Shown: positions 52,201 to 64,000 of the stretch, one piece after another
Layout of the letters: each line of letters opens with the position of its first letter
Numbering within the stretch: the stretch's first letter is position 1
From: Heterodontus francisci
Lineage: Eukaryota
Assembly: GCF_036365525.1 (NCBI RefSeq)
Contig: NC_090404.1
Coordinates: 5,518,001 to 5,582,000, forward strand
DNA length: 64,000 nucleotides
Direction of reading: 5' to 3'
Position numbers and translations under genes: made by a program
Notes under the pieces: generated by a model
The model's input: only the letters and a program-made list of their open reading frames with translations
What the model was told of the DNA's origin: nothing
Database searches by the model: none

Positions 52201-55200
52201 TCTCCATCACACTCTCAGACAGTACATTCCAGATCTGAACCACTCACCCAGTCTCCAACACACTCTCAGGCAGTGCATTCCAGATCTGAACCACTCACCC
52301 AGTCTCCAACACACTCTCAGACAGTACATTCCAGATCTGAACCATTCACCCAGTCTCCAACACACTCTCAGACAGTACATTCCAGATCTGAACCATTCAC
52401 CCAGTCTCCAACACACTCTCAGACAGTACATTCCAGATCTGAACCACTCACCCAGTCTCCAGCACACTCTCAGACAGTACATTCCAGATCTGAACCACTC
52501 ACCCAGTCTCCATCACACTCTCAGACAGTACATTCCAGATCTGAACCACTCACCCAGTCTCCAACACACTCTCAGACAGTACATTCCAGATCTGAACCAC
52601 TCACCCAGTCTCCAACACACTCTCAGACAGTACATTCCAGATCTGAACCACTCACCCAGTCTCCATCACACTCTCAGACAGTACATTCCAGATCTGAACC
52701 ACTCACCCAGTCTCCAACACACTCTCAGACAGTACATTCCAGATCTGAACCACTCACCCAGTCTCCAACATAATCTCAGACAGTGCATTCCAGATCTGAA
52801 CCACTCACCCAGTCTCCAACACACTCTCAGACAGTACATTCCAGATCTGAACCACTCACCCAGTCTCCAACATACTCTCAGACAGTGCATTCCAGATCTG
52901 AACCATTCACCCAGTCTCCATCACACTCTCAGACAGTACATTCCAGATCTGAACCACTCACCCAGTCTCCAACACACTCTCAGACAGTGCATTCCAGATC
53001 TGAACCACTCACCCAGTCTCCCATACACTCTCAGACAGTACATTCCAGATCTGAACCACTCACCCAGTCTCCAACATACTCTCAGACAGTGCATTCCAGA
53101 TCTGAACCATTCACCCAGTCTCCAACATACTCTCAGACAGTACATTCCAGATCTGAACCACTCACCCAGTCTCCCATACACTCTCAGACAGTAGATTCCA
53201 GATCTGAACCATTCACCCAGTCTCCAACACACTCTCAGACAGTACATTCCAGATCTGAACCACTCACCCAGTCTCCCATACACTCTCAGACAGTACATTC
53301 CAGATCTGAACCACTCACCCAGTCTCCAATACAATCTCAGGCAGTACATTCCAGATCTGAACCACTCACCCAGTCTCCAACACACTCTCAGACAGTACAT
53401 TCCAGATCTGAACCATTCACCCAGTCTCCAACACACTCTCAGACAGTACATTCCAGATCTGAACCACTCACCCAGTCTCCCATACACTCTCAGACAGTAC
53501 ATTCCAGATCTGAACCACTCACCCAGTCTCCCATACACTCTCAGACAGTACATTCCAGATCTGAACCACTCACCCAGTCTCCAACACACTCTCAGACAGT
53601 ACATTCCAGATCTGAACCATTCACCCAGTCTCCATCACACTCTCAGACAGTACATTCCAGATCTGAACCACTCACCCAGTCTCCAACACACTCTCAGACA
53701 GTACATTCCAGATCTGAACCATTCACCCAGTCTCCATCACACTCTCAGACAGTACATTCCAGATCTGAACCATTCACCCAGTCTCCATCACACTCTCAGA
53801 CAGTACATTCCAGATCTGAACCACTCACCCAGTCTCCAACACACTCTCAGACAGTACATTCCAGATCTGAACCATTCACCCAGTCTCCATCACACTCTCA
53901 GACAGTACATTCCAGATCTGAACCACTCACCCAGTCTTCAACACACTCTCAGACAGTACATTCCAGATCTGAACCACTCACCCAGTCTCCAACACACTCT
54001 CAGACAGTACATTCCAGATCTGAACCACTCACCCAGTCTCCAACACACTCTCAGGCAGTACATTCCAGATCTGAACCACTCACCCACTCTCCAACACACT
54101 CTCAGACAGTACATTCCAGATCTGAACCACTCACCCAGTCTCCCAGACACTCTCAGAGAGTACATTCCAGATCTGAACCACTCACCCAGTCTCCCATACA
54201 CTCTCAGACAGTACATTCCAGATCTGAACCACTCACCCAGTCACCCATACACTCTCAGACAGTACATTCCAGATCTGAACCATTCACCCAGTCTCCAACA
54301 CACTCTCAGACAGTACATTCCAGATCTGAACCACTCACCCAGTCTCCCATACACTCTCAGACAGTACATTCCAGATCTGAACCACTCACCCAGTCTCCAA
54401 CATACTCTCAGACAGTGCATTCCAGATCTGAACCACTCACCCAGTCTCCAACACACTCTCAGACAGTACATTCCAGATCTGAACCACTCACCCAGTCTCC
54501 AACACACTCTCAGAGAGTACATTCCAGATCTGAACCACTCACCCAGTCTCCAACATACTCTCAGACAGTACATTCCAGATCTGAACCACTCACCCAGTCT
54601 CCAACACACTCTCAGACAGTACATTCCAGATCTGAACCACTCACCCAGTCTCCAACACACTCTCAGACAGTACATTCCAGATCTGAACCACTCACCCAGT
54701 CTCCAACATACTCTCAGACAGTACATTCCAGATCTGAACCATTCACCCAGTCTCCAACACACTCTCAGACAGTACATTCCAGATCTGAACCACTCACCCA
54801 GTCTCCCATACACTCTCAGACAGTACATTCCAGATCTGAACCACTCACCCAGTCTCCAACATACTCTCAGACAGTGCATTCCAGATCTGAACCACTCACC
54901 CAGTCTCCAACACACTCTCAGACAGTACATTCCAGATCTGAACCACTCACCCAGTCTCCAACACACTCTCAGACAGTACATTCCAGATCTGAACCACTCA
55001 CCCAGTCTCCAACATACTCTCAGACAGTACATTCCAGATCTGAACCACTCACCCAGTCTCCAACACACTCTCAGACAGTACATTCCAGATCTGAACCACT
55101 CACCCAGTCTCCAACATACTCTCAGACAGTACATTCCAGATCTGAACCACTCACCCAGTCTCCAACACACTCTCAGACAGTACATTCCAGATCTGAACCA

Positions 55201-58200
55201 CTCACCCAGTCTCCCATACACTCTCAGACAGTACATTCCAGATCTGAACCACTCACCCAGTCTCCCATACACTCTCAGACAGTACATTCCAGATCTGAAC
55301 CACTCACCCAGTCTCCAACATACTATCAGACAGTGCATTCCAGATCTGAACCACTCACCCAGTCTCCAACACACTCTCAGACAGTACATTCCAGATCTGA
55401 ACCACTCACCCAGTCTCCAACACACTCTCAGACAGTACATTCCAGATCTGAACCACTCACCCAGTCTCCAACACACTCTCAGACAGTACATTCCAGATCT
55501 GAACCACTCACCCAGTCTCCCATACACTCTCAGACAGTACATTCCAGATCTGAACCACTCACCCAGTCTCCAACACACTCTCAGACAGTACATTCCAGAT
55601 CTGAACCACTCACCCAGTCTCCCATACACTCTCAGACAGTACATTCCAGATCTGAACCACTCACCCAGTCTCCAACACACTCTCAGACAGTACATTCCAG
55701 ATCTGAACCACTCACCCAGTCTCCCATACACTCTCAGACAGTACATTCCAGATCTGAACCACTCACCCAGTCTCCAACATACTCTCAGACAGTGCATTCC
55801 AGATCTGAACCACTCACCCAGTCTCCCATACACTCTCAGACAGTACATTCCAGATCTGAACCACTCACCCAGTCTCCAACATACTCTCAGACAGTGCATT
55901 CCAGATCTGAACCACTCACCCAGTCTCCCATACACTCTCAGACAGTACATTCCAGATCTGAACCACTCACCCAGTCTCCAACACACTCTCAGACAGTACA
56001 TTCCAGATCTGAACCACTCACCCAGTCTCCCATACACTCTCAGACAGTACATTCCAGATCTGAACCACTCACCCAGTCTCCAATACAATCTCAGGCAGTA
56101 CATTCCAGATCTGAACCACTCACCCAGTCTCCAATACAATCTCAGGCAGTGCATTCCAGATCTGAACCACTCACCCAGTCTCCAACACACTCTCAGACAG
56201 TACATTCCAGATCTGAACCACTCACCCAGTCTCCAACACACTCTCAGACAGTACATTCCAGATCTGAACCACTCACCCAGTCTCCCATACACTCTCAGAC
56301 AGTACATTCCAGATCTGAACCACTCACCCAGTCTCCAATACAATCTCAGACAGTACATTCCAGATCTGAACCACTCACCCAGTCTCCAATACAATCTCAG
56401 GCAGTGCATTCCAGATCTGAACCACTCACCCAGTCTCCAATACAATCTCAGGCAGTGCATTCCAGATCTGAACCACTCACCCAGTCTCCCATACACTCTC
56501 AGACAGTACATTCCAGATCTGAACCACTCACCCAGTCTCCAATACAATCTCAGGCAGTGCATTCCAGATCTGAACCACTCACCCAGTCTCCCATACACTC
56601 TCAGACAGTACATTCCAGATCTGAACCACTCACCCAGTCTCCAACACACTCTCAGACAGTACATTCCAGATCTGAACCATTCACCCAGTCTCCAACACAC
56701 TCTCAGACAGTACATTCCAGATCTGAACCACTCACCCAGTCTCCCATACACTCTCAGACAGTACATTCCAGATCTGAACCACTCACCCAGTCTCCAATAC
56801 AATCTCAGGCAGTACATTCCAGATCTGAACCACTCACCCAGTCTCCCATACACTCTCAGACAGTACATTCCAGATCTGAACCACTCACCCAGTCTCCAAC
56901 ACACTCTCAGACAGTACATTCCAGATCTGAACCACTCACCCAGTCTCCCATACACTCTCAGACAGTACATTCCAGATCTGAACCACTCACCCAGTCTCCA
57001 ACACACTCTCAGACAGTACATTCCAGATCTGAACCACTCACCCAGTCTCCATTACACCCTCAGACAGTACATTCCAGATCTGAACCACTCACCCAGTCTC
57101 CAACATACTCTCAGACAGTGCATTCCAGATCTGAACCACTCACCCAGTCTCCCATACACTCTCAGACAGTACATTCCAGATCTGAACCACTCACCCAGTC
57201 TCCAACATACTCTCAGACAGTGCATTCCAGATCTGAACCACTCACCCAGTCTCCCATACACTCTCAGACAGTACATTCCAGATCTGAACCACTCACCCAG
57301 TCTCCAACACACTCTCAGACAGTACATTCCAGATCTGAACCACTCACCCAGTCTCCCATACACTCTCAGACAGTACATTCCAGATCTGAACCACTCACCC
57401 AGTCTCCAATACAATCTCAGGCAGTACATTCCAGATCTGAACTACTCACCCAGTCTCCAATACAATCTCAGGCAGTGCATTCCAGATCTGAACCACTCAC
57501 CCAGTCTCCAACACACTCTCAGACAGTACATTCCAGATCTGAACCACTCACCCAGTCTCCAACACACTCTCAGACAGTACATTCCAGATCTGAACCACTC
57601 ACCCAGTCTCCCATACACTCTCAGACAGTACATTCCAGATCTGAACCACTCACCCAGTCTCCAATACAATCTCAGACAGTACATTCCAGATCTGAACCAC
57701 TCACCCAGTCTCCAATACAATCTCAGGCAGTGCATTCCAGATCTGAACCACTCACCCAGTCTCCAATACAATCTCAGGCAGTGCATTCCAGATCTGAACC
57801 ACTCACCCAGTCTCCCATACACTCTCAGACAGTACATTCCAGATCTGAACCACTCACCCAGTCTCCAATACAATCTCAGGCAGTGCATTCCAGATCTGAA
57901 CCACTCACCCAGTCTCCCATACACTCTCAGACAGTACATTCCAGATCTGAACCACTCACCCAGTCTCCAACACACTCTCAGACAGTACATTCCAGATCTG
58001 AACCATTCACCCAGTCTCCAACACACTCTCAGACAGTACATTCCAGATCTGAACCACTCACCCAGTCTCCCATACACTCTCAGACAGTACATTCCAGATC
58101 TGAACCACTCACCCAGTCTCCAATACAATCTCAGGCAGTGCATTCCAGATCTGAACCACTCACCCAGTCTCCAACACACTCTCAGACAGTACATTCCAGA

Positions 58201-61200
58201 TCTGAACCACTCACCCAGACTCCAACACACTCTCAGGCAGTACATTCCAGATCTGAACCATTCACCCAGTCTCCATCACACTCTCAGACAGTACATTCCA
58301 GATCTGAACCACTCACCCAGTCTCCAACACACTCTCAGGCAGTGCATTCCAGATCTGAACCACTCACCCAGTCTCCAACACACTCTCAGACAGTACATTC
58401 CAGATCTGAACCATTCACCCAGTCTCCAACACACTCTCAGACAGTACATTCCAGATCTGAACCATTCACCCAGTCTCCATCACACTCTCAGACAGTACAT
58501 TCCAGATCTGAACCACTCACCCAGTCTCCAACACACTCTCAGGCAGTGCATTCCAGATCTGAACCACTCACCCAGTCTCCAACACACTCTCAGACAGTAC
58601 ATTCCAGATCTGAACCATTCACCCAGTCTCCAACACACTCTCAGACAGTACATTCCAGATCTGAACCATTCACCCAGTCTCCAACACACTCTCAGACAGT
58701 ACATTCCAGATCTGAACCACTCACCCAGTCTCCAACACACTCTCAGACAGTACATTCCAGATCTGAACCACTCACCCAGTCTCCATCACACTCTCAGACA
58801 GTACATTCCAGATCTGAACCACTCACCCAGTCTCCAACACACTCTCAGAGAGTACATTCCAGATCTGAACCACTCACCCAGTCTCCAACACACTCTCAGA
58901 CAGTACATTCCAGATCTGAACCACTCACCCAGTCTCCATCACACTCTCAGACAGTACATTCCAGATCTGAACCACTCACCCAGTCTCCAACACACTCTCA
59001 GACAGTACATTCCAGATCTGAACCACTCACCCAGTCTCCAACATACTCTCAGACAGTGCATTCCAGATCTGAACCACTCACCCAGTCTCCAACACACTCT
59101 CAGACAGTACATTCCAGATCTGAACCACTCACCCAGTCTCCAACATACTCTCAGACAGTGCATTCCAGATCTGAACCATTCACCCAGTCTCCATCACACT
59201 CTCAGACAGTACATTCCAGATCTGAACCACTCACCCAGTCTCCAACACACTCTCAGACAGTGCATTCCAGATCTGAACCACTCACCCAGTCTCCCATACA
59301 CTCTCAGACAGTACATTCCAGATCTGAACCACTCACCCAGTCTCCAACATACTCTCAGACAGTGCATTCCAGATCTGAACCATTCACCCAGTCTCCAACA
59401 TACTCTCAGACAGTACATTCCAGATCTGAACCACTCACCCAGTCTCCCATACACTCTCAGACAGTAGATTCCAGATCTGAACCATTCACCCAGTCTCCAA
59501 CACACTCTCAGACAGTACATTCCAGATCTGAACCACTCACCCAGTCTCCCATACACTCTCAGACAGTACATTCCAGATCTGAACCACTCACCCAGTCTCC
59601 AATACAATCTCAGGCAGTACATTCCAGATCTGAACCACTCACCCAGTCTCCAACACACTCTCAGACAGTACATTCCAGATCTGAACCATTCACCCAGTCT
59701 CCAACACACTCTCAGACAGTACATTCCAGATCTGAACCACTCACCCAGTCTCCCATACACTCTCAGACAGTACATTCCAGATCTGAACCACTCACCCAGT
59801 CTCCCATACACTCTCAGACAGTACATTCCAGATCTGAACCACTCACCCAGTCTCCAACACACTCTCAGACAGTACATTCCAGATCTGAACCATTCACCCA
59901 GTCTCCATCACACTCTCAGACAGTACATTCCAGATCTGAACCACTCACCCAGTCTCCAACACACTCTCAGACAGTACATTCCAGATCTGAACCATTCACC
60001 CAGTCTCCAACACACTCTCAGACAGTACATTCCAGATCTGAACCACTCACCCAGTCTCCAACACACTCTCAGACAGTACATTCCAGATCTGAACCACTCA
60101 CCCAGTCTCCCATACACTCTCAGACAGTACATTCCAGATCTGAACCACTCACCCAGTCTCCAATACAATCTCAGACAGTACATTCCAGATCTGAACCACT
60201 CACCCAGTCTCCAATACAATCTCAGGCAGTGCATTCCAGATCTGAACCACTCACCCAGTCTCCAATACAATTTCAGGCAGTGCATTCCAGATCTGAACCA
60301 CTCACCCAGTCTCCCATACACTCTCAGACAGTACATTCCAGATCTGAACCACTCACCCAGTCTCCAATACAATCTCAGGCAGTGCATTCCAGATCTGAAC
60401 CACTCACCCAGTCTCCCATACACTCTCAGACAGTACATTCCAGATCTGAACCACTCACCCAGTCTCCAACACACTCTCAGACAGTACATTCCAGATCTGA
60501 ACCATTCACCCAGTCTCCAACACACTCTCAGACAGTACATTCCAGATCTGAACCACTCACCCAGTCTCCCATACACTCTCAGACAGTACATTCCAGATCT
60601 GAACCACTCACCCAGTCTCCAATACAATCTCAGGCAGTGCATTCCAGATCTGAACCACTCACCCAGTCTCCAACACACTCTCAGACAGTACATTCCAGAT
60701 CTGAACCACTCACCCAGTCTCCAACACACTCTCAGGCAGTACATTCCAGATCTGAACCATTCACCCAGTCTCCATCACACTCTCAGACAGTACATTCCAG
60801 ATCTGAACCACTCACCCAGTCTCCAACACACTCTCAGGCAGTGCATTCCAGATCTGAACCACTCACCCAGTCTCCAACACACTCTCAGACAGTACATTCC
60901 AGATCTGAACCATTCACCCAGTCTCCAACACACTCTCAGACAGTACATTCCAGATCTGAACCATTCACCCAGTCTCCATCACACTCTCAGACAGTACATT
61001 CCAGATCTGAACCACTCACCCAGTCTCCCATACACTCTCAGACAGTACATTCCAGATCTGAACCACTCACCCAGTCTCCAATACAATCTCAGGCAGTACA
61101 TTCCAGATCTGAACCACTCACCCAGTCTCCAATACAATCTCAGGCAGTGCATTCCAGATCTGAACCACTCACCCAGTCTCCAACACACTCTCAGACAGTA

Positions 61201-64000
61201 CATTCCAGATCTGAACCACTCACCCAGTCTCCAACACACTCTCAGACAGTACATTCCAGATCTGAACCACTCACCCAGTCTCCCATACACTCTCAGACAG
61301 TACATTCCAGATCTGAACCACTCACCCAGTCTCCAATACAATCTCAGACAGTACATTCCAGATCTGAACCACTCACCCAGTCTCCAATACAATCTCAGGC
61401 AGTGCATTCCAGATCTGAACCACTCACCCAGTCTCCAATACAATCTCAGGCAGTGCATTCCAGATCTGAACCACTCACCCAGTCTCCCATACACTCTCAG
61501 ACAGTACATTCCAGATCTGAACCACTCACCCAGTCTCCAATACAATCTCAGGCAGTGCATTCCAGATCTGAACCACTCACCCAGTCTCCCATACACTCTC
61601 AGACAGTACATTCCAGATCTGAACCACTCACCCAGTCTCCAACACACTCTCAGACAGTACATTCCAGATCTGAACCATTCACCCAGTCTCCAACACACTC
61701 TCAGACAGTACATTCCAGATCTGAACCACTCACCCAGTCTCCCATACACTCTCAGACAGTACATTCCAGATCTGAACCACTCACCCAGTCTCCAATACAA
61801 TCTCAGGCAGTACATTCCAGATCTGAACCACTCACCCAGTCTCCCATACACTCTCAGACAGTACATTCCAGATCTGAACCACTCACCCAGTCTCCAACAC
61901 ACTCTCAGACAGTACATTCCAGATCTGAACCACTCACCCAGTCTCCCATACACTCTCAGACAGTACATTCCAGATCTGAACCACTCACCCAGTCTCCAAC
62001 ACACTCTCAGACAGTACATTCCAGATCTGAACCACTCACCCAGTCTCCATTACACTCTCAGACAGTACATTCCAGATCTGAACCACTCACCCAGTCTCCA
62101 ACATACTCTCAGACAGTGCATTCCAGATCTGAACCACTCACCCAGTCTCCCATACACTCTCAGACAGTACATTCCAGATCTGAACCACTCACCCAGTCTC
62201 CAACATACTCTCAGACAGTGCATTCCAGATCTGAACCACTCACCCAGTCTCCCATACACTCTCAGACAGTACATTCCAGATCTGAACCACTCACCCAGTC
62301 TCCAACACACTCTCAGACAGTACATTCCAGATCTGAACCACTCACCCAGTCTCCCATACACTCTCAGACAGTACATTCCAGATCTGAACCACTCACCCAG
62401 TCTCCAATACAATCTCAGGCAGTACATTCCAGATCTGAACTACTCACCCAGTCTCCAATACAATCTCAGGCAGTGCATTCCAGATCTGAACCACTCACCC
62501 AGTCTCCAACACACTCTCAGACAGTACATTCCAGATCTGAACCACTCACCCAGTCTCCAACACACTCTCAGACAGTACATTCCAGATCTGAACCACTCAC
62601 CCAGTCTCCCATACACTCTCAGACAGTACATTCCAGATCTGAACCACTCACCCAGTCTCCAATACAATCTCAGACAGTACATTCCAGATCTGAACCACTC
62701 ACCCAGTCTCCAATACAATCTCAGGCAGTGCATTCCAGATCTGAACCACTCACCCAGTCTCCAATACAATCTCAGGCAGTGCATTCCAGATCTGAACCAC
62801 TCACCCAGTCTCCCATACACTCTCAGACAGTACATTCCAGATCTGAACCACTCACCCAGTCTCCAATACAATCTCAGGCAGTGCATTCCAGATCTGAACC
62901 ACTCACCCAGTCTCCCATACACTCTCAGACAGTACATTCCAGATCTGAACCACTCACCCAGTCTCCAACACACTCTCAGACAGTACATTCCAGATCTGAA
63001 CCATTCACCCAGTCTCCAACACACTCTCAGACAGTACATTCCAGATCTGAACCACTCACCCAGTCTCCCATACACTCTCAGACAGTACATTCCAGATCTG
63101 AACCACTCACCCAGTCTCCAATACAATCTCAGGCAGTGCATTCCAGATCTGAACCACTCACCCAGTCTCCAACACACTCTCAGACAGTACATTCCAGATC
63201 TGAACCACTCACCCAGACTCCAACACACTCTCAGGCAGTACATTCCAGATCTGAACCATTCACCCAGTCTCCATCACACTCTCAGACAGTACATTCCAGA
63301 TCTGAACCACTCACCCAGTCTCCAACACACTCTCAGGCAGTGCATTCCAGATCTGAACCACTCACCCAGTCTCCAACACACTCTCAGACAGTACATTCCA
63401 GATCTGAACCATTCACCCAGTCTCCAACACACTCTCAGACAGTACATTCCAGATCTGAACCATTCACCCAGTCTCCATCACACTCTCAGACAGTACATTC
63501 CAGATCTGAACCACTCACCCAGTCTCCAACACACTCTCAGGCAGTGCATTCCAGATCTGAACCACTCACCCAGTCTCCAACACACTCTCAGACAGTACAT
63601 TCCAGATCTGAACCATTCACCCAGTCTCCAACACACTCTCAGACAGTACATTCCAGATCTGAACCATTCACCCAGTCTCCAACACACTCTCAGACAGTAC
63701 ATTCCAGATCTGAACCACTCACCCAGTCTCCAACACACTCTCAGACAGTACATTCCAGATCTGAACCACTCACCCAGTCTCCATCACACTCTCAGACAGT
63801 ACATTCCAGATCTGAACCACTCACCCAGTCTCCAACACACTCTCAGAGAGTACATTCCAGATCTGAACCACTCACCCAGTCTCCAACACACTCTCAGACA
63901 GTACATTCCAGATCTGAACCACTCACCCAGTCTCCATCACACTCTCAGACAGTACATTCCAGATCTGAACCACTCACCCAGTCTCCAACACACTCTCAGA
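13296..64000. repeat. 51-bp tandem satellite, ~990 head-to-tail copies, continuing past the window end
   Basis: Consensus CCAACACACTCTCAGACAGTACATTCCAGATCTGAACCACTCACCCAGTCT; no inversion or TE insertion seen; CpG-free consensus, C/A-rich plus strand, one BglII site per consensus unit. Confidence 0.99.

Noticed and set aside
13202-63753. Giant Ser/Thr/Pro-rich mucin-like ORFs and the other repeat ORFs
   Set aside because: A 51-nt unit without stops in three frames produces them automatically; they overlap on both strands, are broken by frameshifts and scattered stops, and the first starts at a GTG inside a CR1 tail
13296-64000. CRISPR array
   Set aside because: Vertebrate DNA, no unique spacers, no cas genes
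13296-64000. Ig switch-region-like repeat (G-rich minus strand, ~50-bp period)
   Set aside because: No AGCT motifs and no constant-region exon in view

Overview
Vertebrate genomic DNA, most likely from a cartilaginous fish (inferred from the repeat families and the zinc-finger type). Bases 1-~10,000 hold a dense cluster of germline T-cell-receptor alpha/delta-type variable (V) segments in mixed orientation: three apparently intact (V1 +, V2 -, V4 -), one with a GTG instead of ATG start (V5 +), one with an in-frame stop (V3 +) and one decayed, 3'-truncated relic absent from the ORF track (V3b +). Five have 23-type recombination signal sequences (RSS), and each of those five has a co-oriented CTCF-type motif. 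Between them lie CR1/L2-group LINE fragments, two tRNA-derived SINEs and a Penelope-like fragment with a decayed hammerhead ribozyme; a C2H2 zinc-finger pseudogene follows. From ~13,296 to the window end is one head-to-tail 51-bp satellite (~990 copies) with variant domains and internal block duplications; the giant ORFs there are repeat artefacts. Most notable: the satellite monomer looks like the splice-acceptor/leader-2/FR1 start of a local-type TCR V exon with a 10-bp deletion, i.e. possibly a satellite born from an antigen-receptor gene (short match, needs testing).
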